Source: Spirochaetota bacterium (lineage in GTDB: Bacteria; Spirochaetota; UBA4802; UBA5550). Taken from it: a stretch of 64,000 nucleotides of DNA. Made by a program: the position numbers and the translations under genes. Under the pieces are notes generated by a model. That model was not told the DNA's origin and searched no databases. It saw only the letters and a list, made by a program, of their open reading frames with translations. Shown in pieces: positions 9,173 through 18,920 of the stretch. Every line of letters begins with the position of its first letter. Within the stretch, counting starts at the first letter, position 1. The stretch covers positions 1,029 to 65,028 of the forward strand of contig DAISJZ010000005.1 of assembly GCA_036821145.1 (NCBI GenBank). The letters run 5' to 3'.

Positions 9173-11551
9173 ATGAATAATATCAACCATAATATCAGGG
9201 AAGTTCATACATTAAATAATTTCAGGAACTGTCTCGGTTTAAGAGAAGGGGTGAGTATTGACCCGGAAAAAATTCCCTATACCGGTGAAGATGCTACCTG
9301 CGGAATTGAGAATGAATTTCAGACAGCAGTGAAAGGGAGATCCGGAGATGTTGATCTGGCTCTTTATATCAGGGAATCCCGTTATCTCAAAAACCTGATT
9401 AAAAGAAGTGAAAGAGGAGACCTGCCGGGCAAGAGAGTAGAGGAGATATCTGAATTTATTGATGATAACAGGAGCTGTATCTGGGAAAACAGCTGGGTCA
9501 GGTTTCCCCGGAAAACATTGAGCAGGTATGCGGATGCTGTTTTCAGAGGTGATCTGAAATCTGATAAAGCAAATCCGGAAAGCGGGGAGAGGCGTGATGC
9601 AGGGAACTTTACAGTTATTCAAAATGGGGTGGAGAGCCTCCGGGTCCCTGTCAGTTATCTGCTAAAGCTCTCTCTCGCGGATTCAGTAAGCGGAGAGACT
9701 TTTATACACCCTGTTATAAGGAAAAGAGGAGAGGATTATCTCAGCTGTTATCTCAATGATAATACTTCCCCTGAAATCGTTTCATTCTTTCCTGCTAAAA
9801 GCGGTAACGGAAAATCCGTCTCAGAGAATATCGTGGGACAGAATCTTAAGAGCTATCTCCTCACCCAGATGCTTGTAATGTATGCCAATAAAAAATTTGA
9901 TCTCCCGGCAAACGGGCAGGAGGTGTCCCTTTATTTTTCACCTCATCCTCCGGTAAGGCAGAAGAAGCTTAATGAACTTGTGACAGATTCATTCTACAGG
10001 GAACTTTTTATGAGTCCCTGCCTTTCCGGGTGGGACAGGGGTGAGGAGAAGCATGCCTACATGAACCTCTGCCACCAGGTGTTATCGAGAAGCAGTCTTA
10101 ATTCGGTACTTAAACTGAAAGAGGCAGGGATACTCCCGGATAACAGGGTTTATCTTAAGGGGATATCCAACATAAGCCTGGCAAACAACGGAACACATAT
10201 AAGTATCGGAAGCAGTAAGCTTAACGCCCTTATGAAAAGCAAAGATACAGGATACGGGGCTGTATACGAAAAGTATTTCGGTGACCTCGCAATAAAAATT
10301 TATGAGCATTTTATCCCTCTCTTCTCAGGAACTTACACGGCCGCCCCGTACAGGCTGGGGTTTGAAGACTTCAGGCCGGAGAAGGTGCTGGGTTTTCTAT
10401 GTCATGAGCTTGACTATACTTATGTAAGGATGATCTGGCGGAGATGGCTTAAAAAAGGGGATATAAAGATCTTAGGTAATCCTGTTATACCTTTCGGGCC
10501 TGAATGGTTTGAAAGGTTTATGGCCGGAACATTCCGTCTGAGGGGAGATTATGTAAATGATTTCAGGCTTATGGATTACCTTGTGGCTCTACTCAGTACA
10601 GATGAGAGCCCGGCTTTAAACGGGATTATAGGTAATGATGAAAAGCTTAAGCAGGATCTTGTATCTATGGGGATCTTTGACAGCAGCATGTCTGTCTATA
10701 CACTCTACAGATTAAGAAGCGTGGCGAAAAACGGTTACACCGGTTTTGAGGGGAGATATTACTCCCTCTTTGAAAGCCTGAACTCAGACCTCGGGCATTC
10801 AGTAAACCTTCAGATACTGATAACAGCACTTGCCTATAAGTATATACTGAATGGCATGGTAACACACAGCAGCATACCTGATTCCCCGGAAATTGAGAGT
10901 GAAAGGAGGCAGATAATCTTCGGTTCATCCATCGGTATACCGACTTTTTATGTAAGGAAGAACAACAGTAATATGTTTATGGGTGAAATTCTGAAGCAGT
11001 CAGCCGGCTGCAGAAACAGCAGCAGGTACCAGGGGTATACTCGTGTATATATCAGTGAATACAGGAAGGGGCTCGTTAAACTTCTGAGGCGGGACGGGGC
11101 GGATTTAATAGAGAGTCTTGGAATGGAGGAGACCATGAAAGATCTTGAGCTTAGGATAAACATGCCGGATCTTTATTCTGCTGCTGCAAAAATTACCGGT
11201 GGCGTGCTTAATATTGCCGGAGAGAAGAGACCGCTGAAAGTAAAGGCTGACGATTTTAACCTGTGTGCTGAAAAGTATTACAGGGAGAACCTGAGAAATA
11301 AACATATGATAGAAGCACTTGATATATTTGCGAAAAGCGCAGCAGATGCAGACAGAAAGTATGATCTGCTCCCCGGGGATATTCAGTCTGCCTTGGGAAA
11401 TGTTCTGGGACTGAAAGGGGCTGCAGATTTTGTGGAATCACTCAGGGACGATCTTGTAACAGGTGATATACCTGTCTTATTCCTGAGATCGGCTATTCAC
11501 CTCCTTCTGATTACTCTCAGAATTGATATGCTTGATTGCTCGGCAGTTTAA
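9173..11551 (+). CDS. large (792 aa) soluble protein of unknown function, first gene of an operon with psd-like and lgt-like genes
   Basis: Long uninterrupted ORF with coding-like composition. I see no TM segments and no recognisable catalytic motif apart from a weak NGTHISIGS block. Confidence 0.7.
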   Translation: MNNINHNIREVHTLNNFRNCLGLREGVSIDPEKIPYTGEDATCGIENEFQTAVKGRSGDVDLALYIRESRYLKNLIKRSERGDLPGKRVEEISEFIDDNRSCIWENSWVRFPRKTLSRYADAVFRGDLKSDKANPESGERRDAGNFTVIQNGVESLRVPVSYLLKLSLADSVSGETFIHPVIRKRGEDYLSCYLNDNTSPEIVSFFPAKSGNGKSVSENIVGQNLKSYLLTQMLVMYANKKFDLPANGQEVSLYFSPHPPVRQKKLNELVTDSFYRELFMSPCLSGWDRGEEKHAYMNLCHQVLSRSSLNSVLKLKEAGILPDNRVYLKGISNISLANNGTHISIGSSKLNALMKSKDTGYGAVYEKYFGDLAIKIYEHFIPLFSGTYTAAPYRLGFEDFRPEKVLGFLCHELDYTYVRMIWRRWLKKGDIKILGNPVIPFGPEWFERFMAGTFRLRGDYVNDFRLMDYLVALLSTDESPALNGIIGNDEKLKQDLVSMGIFDSSMSVYTLYRLRSVAKNGYTGFEGRYYSLFESLNSDLGHSVNLQILITALAYKYILNGMVTHSSIPDSPEIESERRQIIFGSSIGIPTFYVRKNNSNMFMGEILKQSAGCRNSSRYQGYTRVYISEYRKGLVKLLRRDGADLIESLGMEETMKDLELRINMPDLYSAAAKITGGVLNIAGEKRPLKVKADDFNLCAEKYYRENLRNKHMIEALDIFAKSAADADRKYDLLPGDIQSALGNVLGLKGAADFVESLRDDLVTGDIPVLFLRSAIHLLLITLRIDMLDCSAV

Positions 11552-11582
11552 CAAAATATTCAATAATAAATACGGTTACAGA

Positions 11583-12599
11583 ATGAAACATCAGTTTATA
11601 GTCAGAGAAACAGGTGAGGTTGCTGATGAGCAGTTTTATCACGACCGCCTTGTTAATTATCTTTATTCTATTATGAGGGAGGAGGGGTCTCTTGTTTACA
11701 GGCTGGTTACATCGAAACGTCTTTCATCTTTGATGGCATGGATTAATTATGATTTTCCTGCCGGCAAATGGCTCACAGGAGGGTCGGGATTTCTTGAATC
11801 TTCTGGCATTGATACATCGGAATTTTATGATCCACTCGATTCTCTGAATACAGCAAGAAAATTTTTTGAAAGGAAGATCCGCTATATGGAGTGCAGGCCC
11901 ATGCCTCTGAATGCTGATTCAGTTGTAGCCCCGGCAGATTCAAGAATTATTACCGGTTCTTTTGCATCAGAGAGCCTGCTGTTTCTGAAGGAGAAATTTT
12001 TTTCACTGGATGATCTCCTTGATGCGAAGAGGGGGTGGAGTTCGCTCTACCGGAATGGGGATTACGCGATATTCAGGCTTACTCCGGATAAGTATCATTA
12101 TAGTCATGTTCCTGTCTCGGGGATTGTTTTGGATTTTTATGAGATAGATGGAGCGTATAATTCCTGTAATCCCGGTGCGGTTCTTGCGGTGAATAAAGCG
12201 TACTCAAGGAACAGGAGGGTTGTAACAATAATTGACACTGATGTGCGCGGAGGCACCGGGTGCGGTAAAGTCGCGATGATTGAAGTGGCAGCTCTGATGA
12301 TTGGTGATATTGTTCAATGCTATTCAGAATGGATGTATGAAACCCCTGCACCGTTAATACACGGGATGTTTCTTAATAAAGGTCAGCCGAAAAGTCTTTT
12401 CAGGCCGGGTAGTTCGGTTGATATACTGATCTTTGAAAACGGGAGAGTAAAGTTTGACAGAGATCTTATTGAAAATTCCCTAAAGACCGGAATTGAAACC
12501 CGTTATATGAAGAGTTTTACAAGGCCTGTTGTTGAAACAGAGATCAAAGTAAGGTCGTCAATCGGTAAATCTTTAAGACAAGAGGAGATAAATGATTAA
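11583..12599 (+). CDS. psd: phosphatidylserine decarboxylase-family proenzyme
   Basis: Blocks DKYHYSHVPVSG and the C-terminal FRPGSSVD match the PSD family G-S-(S/T) self-cleavage/pyruvoyl site. The start is ambiguous: 11523 in the track overlaps the upstream gene by 29 nt, and MKHQF at 11583 is the alternative. Confidence 0.8.
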   Translation: MKHQFIVRETGEVADEQFYHDRLVNYLYSIMREEGSLVYRLVTSKRLSSLMAWINYDFPAGKWLTGGSGFLESSGIDTSEFYDPLDSLNTARKFFERKIRYMECRPMPLNADSVVAPADSRIITGSFASESLLFLKEKFFSLDDLLDAKRGWSSLYRNGDYAIFRLTPDKYHYSHVPVSGIVLDFYEIDGAYNSCNPGAVLAVNKAYSRNRRVVTIIDTDVRGGTGCGKVAMIEVAALMIGDIVQCYSEWMYETPAPLIHGMFLNKGQPKSLFRPGSSVDILIFENGRVKFDRDLIENSLKTGIETRYMKSFTRPVVETEIKVRSSIGKSLRQEEIND

Positions 12600-13644
12600 T
12601 ATAATATTTTCAGTTTCACTCTGTTCGATACTCCTGGTAATTTATTTTTTTGCATTCAGGTTTCTGCCCGGTGAGAGGTGGCAGGTCTTTGCGTCAATAC
12701 CTGTTCAAAAAAATGGAAACGGGAGATGGAAGGGGGTCAATATCACTTATTACGGGATAATCCTTTCAACGGGGTATGTTCTTGCGATGATGCTTTTTTT
12801 TATTCTCGCGTCATCAGCCGGTGAAACCTGGATTACAATCGGCGGTGTCAGTATAGGAATTATGGCACTTTTCATTCCCGCGGCAAAAATTATGGCTTAT
12901 ATTGTTGAGAGGAAAAAAAATACAATAACAGTGGGCGGCGCGTCTTTTGTAATGTTTATTGCAGCTCCATGGATAATTAAGTGTTATAACCTGCTGCTCG
13001 CAGGGAACAGGCTTGCTGAAGTTAATGAAATTGTAATAATAGCATCTATTACAGCAGCATACGCCCTGGGAGAGGGGATAGGGAGGCTCGCCTGTATCAG
13101 TTTCGGGTGCTGTTATGGTAAGCCTGTTTCTCAATTGCCGCTCTTATTCCGGGAGATATTTTCAAGGTGGAATTTTGTCTTCACCGGTAATACAAAAAAA
13201 ATTTCATATCACGATCATCTTGACGGGAGCCCGGTGGTTCCGGTTCAGGGGATTACTGCAGTATTATATACAGTGACAGCATGCATATCAGTATATCTGT
13301 TTCTTAATGGAAATTATATAGTTTCATTTTTTGTCTCTCTTACAGTTACACAGGGGTGGAGATTTGTATCAGAGTTTCTCCGTTCTGATTATAGAGGGAG
13401 TACAAAGATTTCCGCATATCAGATTATGAGTATTTTTCTGATTTTTTATTACGCGGTATACATTATAATTTTTAATCCTCTGGTACCAGTGGAACCGGTT
13501 CTTTATAAAGGACTGGTTTTTATATGGGATCCGGCACTCTTTTTATTAATCGGTGCTATGTGGACAGGGTCATTGCTGTACACGGGAATCAGCAGTGTCA
13601 CAGCAGCGGAAATTTCCCTGTATGTGATTTCAGACAGAATATAA
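12592..13644 (+). CDS. Lgt-family (prolipoprotein diacylglyceryl transferase-like) polytopic membrane protein
   Basis: Multiple TM helices. Lgt-like blocks are GIGRLACISFGCCYGKP, PVQGITAVLY and RFVSEFLRSDYRG...SAYQIMS. The start overlaps the psd-like stop by 8 nt. Confidence 0.72.
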   Translation: MINIIFSVSLCSILLVIYFFAFRFLPGERWQVFASIPVQKNGNGRWKGVNITYYGIILSTGYVLAMMLFFILASSAGETWITIGGVSIGIMALFIPAAKIMAYIVERKKNTITVGGASFVMFIAAPWIIKCYNLLLAGNRLAEVNEIVIIASITAAYALGEGIGRLACISFGCCYGKPVSQLPLLFREIFSRWNFVFTGNTKKISYHDHLDGSPVVPVQGITAVLYTVTACISVYLFLNGNYIVSFFVSLTVTQGWRFVSEFLRSDYRGSTKISAYQIMSIFLIFYYAVYIIIFNPLVPVEPVLYKGLVFIWDPALFLLIGAMWTGSLLYTGISSVTAAEISLYVISDRI

Positions 13645-13696
13645 CAGTAATTATTATTCCGGTTTATACCGGTATTCAGAAGGTGCTCCCCCTTTA

Positions 13697-13724
13697 CAGA
13701 TTCCGTTATGGAATCTGTTTTTTT
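13697..13724 (+). terminator. rho-independent terminator ending the 9173..13644 operon
   Basis: CAGATTCC-GTTAT-GGAATCTG hairpin followed by a run of seven T. Confidence 0.8.
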
Positions 13725-13802
13725 ATATGCATTATTAAAACTGAAAAAGATTGACACAGTTTTTTTATAGGGGAATCTGTTATTTACGGAGCGTATAACA
13801 GT

Positions 13803-14102
13803 ATGAGTGAAAACAGAAGCCCTCTGATAATAGATGAGAAAGCATGCAATGGATGCGGTAAATGTGCGGATGCCTGCATAATGCATGTTATTGAAATGAG
13901 AGAGAGGTGTGACAATGGTAAAGGTAGAGTTGCCGTTGTAGTTAATCCTGATGACTGCATGTTCTGCGAAGCCTGTGTAATAAACTGCAGGCAGATTGCA
14001 ATAATGCTCAACGCAAAGGCCGGCAGCAGCATGATTAAAAGTATAAATGAAAAAATGCTCAAGCCGAAAAAAAGCAGATTCAGTTTCAAATTCCGTAAAT
14101 GA
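13803..14102 (+). CDS. 2x[4Fe-4S] ferredoxin-domain protein
   Basis: Two cluster motifs are present, CNGCGKCADAC and CMFCEACVINC. The stop overlaps the next gene's start (ATGA). Confidence 0.85.
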   Translation: MSENRSPLIIDEKACNGCGKCADACIMHVIEMRERCDNGKGRVAVVVNPDDCMFCEACVINCRQIAIMLNAKAGSSMIKSINEKMLKPKKSRFSFKFRK

Positions 14103-15445
14103 AAATTCTTCTGTTAAATCCCCCTGTTGAGGATTTTTACATAACAGGGATCAGGCGGCAGCCCCTTGGTTTATTATATATAGCATCATCGCTCCGGGAG
14201 GCCGGGTATAATCCTGAACTACTGAACTGCCACACAGCGAAAAAACAGATACTGAACCTGCCGCCGGAGTTCAGTTACCTTAAAGAATTCATTAATCATC
14301 CGGAGCCCCTGTTCAGGTTCCCTTTTAAAAATTATACACATTACGGGATGAGCTGGCAGGAGATCGAGTCCAGGATAAAGAAAACCACTGCTGATATCTA
14401 TCTTATATCATCTCTTTTCACAACGTATTATCAGGAGACAGAAAGAATAATCAGCATCATCAGAAATCAGAATTCAGAAGCATTGATTGCAGCCGGCGGG
14501 TACCATCCTTCTCTCTACCCGGAATATTTTATCAATAAAACCGGTGCGGATTTTATAATAATGGGGGAGGGTGAAGCTGCGGCAGTTCAGCTTGTACAGG
14601 CTCTTGAAAATGGCGGCAGACCTGAAGATATTCCTGGAATAATATCACGCAGAAGCAGCGGCAATGAGAAGAGATTAATGGCCGATGCCCCTGATATTAA
14701 AATTCTTCCGTTCCCTGCAAGGGACCTTCTTCTTCATAGAGACTTCAGGGCATACAGGAAAATTTTTGTTTCTATGATCTCATCCCGGGGCTGCCCCAAC
14801 AGGTGTGAATTCTGTACTGGGAGAACCATCTGGGGGAACAGGTACAGGAACAGAGAGACTGATGATGTGATCAACGAGATTATATACTGCTGTAAAAATT
14901 ACGGTGCTGATATAATAAATTTTGAGGATGATAACCTCTTCCCGTCCAAAAAAAATGCGCAGCAATTACTTGCAGGAATTATTGAAATGAAGCAAAGGAT
15001 GAATATTAATCCCGAGTTCACTGCGATGAACGGAATATCCCTTGAAAACATAGATGAGGAAATCCCCCCTTTGATGAAAAAAGCGGGATTCAACGAACTG
15101 AATATTTCCCTTGTGACATACTCCTCTGATGTACAGAAGATGAACCGGCGTCCTTTTGATTCGGAGAAATTCCGCAGCATTGCTGAATGTGCAAAAACAA
15201 CAGGACTCAATGTCAGGGGTTACTTTATCTTAGGTATGCCGGGGCAGGATAAAAAGGAGATTGAGGATACAATCACTTTTATGAAAAGGCTGAAAATACA
15301 GGTTTTCCCATCTATATTCTATAATGTTTTTTCACCTGAGCATCAGTGGAAGATGCAGAGGTCATCAGCTTTCTTTAATGAGACCCCGGAGCTGTCAAGA
15401 AACGATTTGATAAGATTTTTTAATATATGCAGCAGGGAACATTGA
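14099..15445 (+). CDS. B12-binding-domain radical SAM protein
   Basis: The N-terminus resembles a cobalamin-binding Rossmann fold (KILLLNPP..., AAGGYHPS). The radical SAM CxxxCxxC motif is SSRGCPNRCEFCTG. Confidence 0.85.
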   Translation: MKILLLNPPVEDFYITGIRRQPLGLLYIASSLREAGYNPELLNCHTAKKQILNLPPEFSYLKEFINHPEPLFRFPFKNYTHYGMSWQEIESRIKKTTADIYLISSLFTTYYQETERIISIIRNQNSEALIAAGGYHPSLYPEYFINKTGADFIIMGEGEAAAVQLVQALENGGRPEDIPGIISRRSSGNEKRLMADAPDIKILPFPARDLLLHRDFRAYRKIFVSMISSRGCPNRCEFCTGRTIWGNRYRNRETDDVINEIIYCCKNYGADIINFEDDNLFPSKKNAQQLLAGIIEMKQRMNINPEFTAMNGISLENIDEEIPPLMKKAGFNELNISLVTYSSDVQKMNRRPFDSEKFRSIAECAKTTGLNVRGYFILGMPGQDKKEIEDTITFMKRLKIQVFPSIFYNVFSPEHQWKMQRSSAFFNETPELSRNDLIRFFNICSREH

Positions 15446-15566
15446 AATATATCCCCCCATTAAAGCTGCTTTTTTCACATATTAGTAAATCTTGATTTTT
15501 TTATTGAAAATAATTAAATTAGATACGCACATAACTGAATTTTAATCAATCATAACGGACCGGCTG

Positions 15567-16358
15567 ATGCAGAATAACAGGAAAGAGGCCTCAAGGCTAA
15601 GGAGAAAACTGACACTCTATTTTATACTGATTTCAATTGTGTCAATTTCAGTCAGCGCGGAGATTATATTTGAGTTCAGTTCAGGGAAACTGCAGAATGA
15701 AATACGTAATAATTTTATAACCTACTCCGGGAATATACTTTCAACTGAGAACAATAAGCTTGCTAATCAGCAGGAGCTAGCAGATGCTGTGGGCAGGCCT
15801 ATAGCTTCTCTCCGCAACAGGATGATACTTCTGCTACTTGTTGTTTTTGCGAGCATTATAGGGGCCTTTATTATGTTCACGAGGGACATAGTTTCGCCCA
15901 TGCACGGTATAGTTGAAGCGACAAAAAAAATTGCTGATGGAGACCTCACGATAACTGTTCCTGTTATGACCGATGATGAAATCGGGCAGATAGCTATGCT
16001 CATTAATCACATGAATGTGAATCTGCAGGATATGATTATGGAGATAAGGCAGGAGATATTCAGACATAAAGCAAAACTGGATGAAGCTGTACAGAAAATA
16101 TCGTCTATTACGGGTGACGGTAAAGCAGAAGAGATATTTGAAAGCAGGCGAATGAAGATTTCAGATTACCGGGCTATTGTTAATCTTTCGGGCGATGTGG
16201 TTAAGCAGCTTGAGGGGATAATGTTTGATCTGGGGAACCTTGAAACTTTTATGAAGATGTATAAAACCTATGCAATACGCACTGAAATCGAGCAGCGGGA
16301 GATCGATAAAGTTCTGGGTGATTATAAAGACATCGATCCATATAAGGATGGTGAGTAA
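15567..16358 (+). CDS. membrane protein with a HAMP domain and no recognisable output domain
   Basis: Two hydrophobic segments (LYFILISIVSISVSA, MILLLLVVFASIIGAFIMF). These are followed by the HAMP-like VSPMHGIVEATKKIADGDLTITVPVMTDDEIGQIAMLINHMNVNLQ and a short coiled-coil tail. Confidence 0.75.
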   Translation: MQNNRKEASRLRRKLTLYFILISIVSISVSAEIIFEFSSGKLQNEIRNNFITYSGNILSTENNKLANQQELADAVGRPIASLRNRMILLLLVVFASIIGAFIMFTRDIVSPMHGIVEATKKIADGDLTITVPVMTDDEIGQIAMLINHMNVNLQDMIMEIRQEIFRHKAKLDEAVQKISSITGDGKAEEIFESRRMKISDYRAIVNLSGDVVKQLEGIMFDLGNLETFMKMYKTYAIRTEIEQREIDKVLGDYKDIDPYKDGE

Positions 16359-17134
16359 TGAGTTTTGAATACTGGTACATGTTCCCGGTTTCGGTGATTA
16401 TTGCAATTCTTGCCAATTCATCAGGATTTTCCGGGGGGGTTCTTTTTCAGCCTGTTTATAATCTTTTTCTCAATCTTCCGATTCAGACTGCTGTGGCAAC
16501 GGGTATTGCAACTGAGACAATAGGAATGACAAGCGGAGCAGTCCGGTATATCTATTATAAAATGGTGGAACTCCCTGTAGGTTTCACAATGGTGATGCTC
16601 ACAATACCAGGTGTGGTTCTCGGTAATCACGCGCTGCTGGTGATTAACGGTAATCTGCTTAAACTGGTTCTTGGTATTATCATAGTATTTATTGCCAGCA
16701 TGCAGTTTATTAATGCGCTGAGAAAATTTTACGGCACAAAGGAGAATATCCCCGTTGAGGACATCTACCCGTTCATGTGGATACCCCCCATTGGCGGTTT
16801 TTTCTCAGCTTCCACAGGCACAGGTGTTTGTGAATTATCTCAGCCTCTCCTTGAGAAGGGGCTTAATGTAAAAACAAAAAGAGCCAACGCAACAGCTATT
16901 CTTGTTGAGGCCACAGCTGACTGGATTATAACAATCCTTAATCTTCAGGCAGGTCTTATAATGTGGGAGTTGTGGATATTTACAGGATCAGGAGTTTTAA
17001 TAGGTGGGCAGATCGGCCCTTATGTGGCACGGTTTCTCCCTGTACGCCTGATTAAAATCGTATTTTCAGTGTCAGTTATAATCATAGGTATCTTCTATCT
17101 TTATAAAGGATATCAGTGGATAAGAAGTTCTTAG
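16358..17134 (+). CDS. TauE/SafE-family (sulfite exporter-like) membrane protein
   Basis: 258 aa with roughly 7-8 TM helices and the glycine-rich N-terminal block NSSGFSGGVLFQP typical of the family. It shares a 1-nt TAATG overlap with the upstream gene. Confidence 0.7.
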   Translation: MSFEYWYMFPVSVIIAILANSSGFSGGVLFQPVYNLFLNLPIQTAVATGIATETIGMTSGAVRYIYYKMVELPVGFTMVMLTIPGVVLGNHALLVINGNLLKLVLGIIIVFIASMQFINALRKFYGTKENIPVEDIYPFMWIPPIGGFFSASTGTGVCELSQPLLEKGLNVKTKRANATAILVEATADWIITILNLQAGLIMWELWIFTGSGVLIGGQIGPYVARFLPVRLIKIVFSVSVIIIGIFYLYKGYQWIRSS

Positions 17135-17146
17135 CCGGGGTAACGC

Positions 17147-18832
17147 ATGGGACTGATAAGATTCCTTGAAAGCTCCGGCGGCCTTGCGGTTCTTTATACT
17201 GTGCAGGGAGCTCTTTTCTCAATGATGCTGTACATCCTTGCTGCGGAATTCTGGCGGACAAGAGATCAATCTCTCCTTTATAAACTGGCTGCGGCTTCAG
17301 CAATTACTGTAATAAGCGGCGGCACTGCGGTAATATATATTCTGGAATCACTCTATGAAATTCAGGCCGGGCAGAAATTTTTCCCACTGGTGTTCAATTT
17401 GCTCTTTTCACTCAATGTGCTTTCACTTGCAAGGGCCTTTACTCTTGACTTCGTAATGGACAGAAAGAGGTTTGTTTTTTTTATCAATACGGCCATGTTT
17501 ATTTCAGTCATTATTTATATAGTGATGCAGATCTGGTGGCTCATGGTTTTTAAAGAGGGAATGGAATTCTGGAAATCGGGAGCGCAGGGATTCTTTTCGC
17601 TTTTTTTTCTTGTGGTACTTGGTTTTTCAATCTACTATCTCGCGAGGTTCAGGGAGAGCTACAGGTTCCGGCTTGTTACGGCTTTTGCGTCAATTGCTGT
17701 TGTGCAGGTGATCGGCCTTTATGGTGCTGTGGCAGATACTATCCCGGCCCCGCTGATGATTGCAAAAGGCGCCTTTCCTATTCTTGTACCCGTGATGTTT
17801 ACAAGCGTTGTATTTAAAGAGCTTATAGGGCGTGTTGTACTCATGGTTGAACATCTGCGGATTACATTTGAGTCACAGAGAGACATAGTTTTTGAACTGA
17901 TTCAAATCGGCAGCGAACTTACGGATATGTCCGATTCCCTTGTTAAAAGCGCTCTTGACGGATGGGCAAAGCTTTCGGATGTTGTTGAAAATATTAAAAA
18001 ACAGGTTAATGATTCGTTGCTTCTTTCAGAAATGGGGGAGAGAGGGTTGTCTGCGTTTAAAGATCAAGGCCCGGAAAATATTCTGCCGCTTGTTGATGAA
18101 ATAATGAAAATTCCAGAAAGCATTAAACCGGAGGAGGTTTCATTTAATAAAGAAGCGGTTGAGATTTTTAAAAAGAGTGTGAAGGCCACAACTAATGGTA
18201 TTGAAAAATCTCTGGAAATTGCCGTGAAAATAAACAGTATGCTCCCTTCAGTGGACGCGGCGCTTGACAGCATTGATGATATATCTGACAGGACGAATAT
18301 TCTTTCTCTAAATGCTTCAATTGAGGCAGCAAGGGCCGGGGCATCCGGCCGTGGATTTGCAGTTGTTGCTGAAGAGATAGGGAGGCTGGCTGAGAGCTCA
18401 CTTGCAGGGTCAAAGGGAATAAGGAGCAGTTTCTCTTTAATAGCCGGTCTTTTTACAGAGTATGAAGCGGAGTGCAGAAAAGCCCTCGGCAGTATTACCG
18501 GGATTTCAATTGAAAAGTTCACTTCTCCTGAAGATAAACCGGGAATAGAACCTGTGAATTATTTAAAAACAGCTTCTGAGCTTAAAACTTCATTTATGAA
18601 TTACAGGGATAGAATAGAATCAATATTCTCAGAGATGGAAAAAGCTGTGCAGATCGCAGGAAGAGGGAATGAAAGGGCACAGCAGATGCGTGACAGGATT
18701 AGTGAACATATAAGAAATATTGAATCAATAGCCGGGATGGGAGATATACTGAATGACCTGATAACAAAGCTGAACAGAAAAATTAATGTAATTATAAAGA
18801 ATACAGAGGACCTGGAAAAATTGATGCCCTGA
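17147..18832 (+). CDS. methyl-accepting chemotaxis protein-like transducer with a multi-TM N-terminus
   Basis: The N-terminal ~250 aa are almost entirely hydrophobic helices. The C-terminus contains the MCP signalling hairpin core [40 protein letters not shown]. Confidence 0.82.
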   Translation: MGLIRFLESSGGLAVLYTVQGALFSMMLYILAAEFWRTRDQSLLYKLAAASAITVISGGTAVIYILESLYEIQAGQKFFPLVFNLLFSLNVLSLARAFTLDFVMDRKRFVFFINTAMFISVIIYIVMQIWWLMVFKEGMEFWKSGAQGFFSLFFLVVLGFSIYYLARFRESYRFRLVTAFASIAVVQVIGLYGAVADTIPAPLMIAKGAFPILVPVMFTSVVFKELIGRVVLMVEHLRITFESQRDIVFELIQIGSELTDMSDSLVKSALDGWAKLSDVVENIKKQVNDSLLLSEMGERGLSAFKDQGPENILPLVDEIMKIPESIKPEEVSFNKEAVEIFKKSVKATTNGIEKSLEIAVKINSMLPSVDAALDSIDDISDRTNILSLNASIEAARAGASGRGFAVVAEEIGRLAESSLAGSKGIRSSFSLIAGLFTEYEAECRKALGSITGISIEKFTSPEDKPGIEPVNYLKTASELKTSFMNYRDRIESIFSEMEKAVQIAGRGNERAQQMRDRISEHIRNIESIAGMGDILNDLITKLNRKINVIIKNTEDLEKLMP

Positions 18833-18920
18833 TCTCTTCTTTTCACACTTGAGTCAAAATTCATCTAATGTGACATAAAAATAATTGACATATTTTAAAG
18901 GCGGGAGATAAACTATTCGC

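Noticed and set aside
18885-18914. TTGACA-N18-TAAACT upstream of pyrB, implying a nearly leaderless pyrB mRNA
   Set aside because: A GGGAG Shine-Dalgarno-like sequence lies inside the putative spacer, about 13 nt from the ATG. That argues the true promoter is further upstream, so the evidence is ambiguous.
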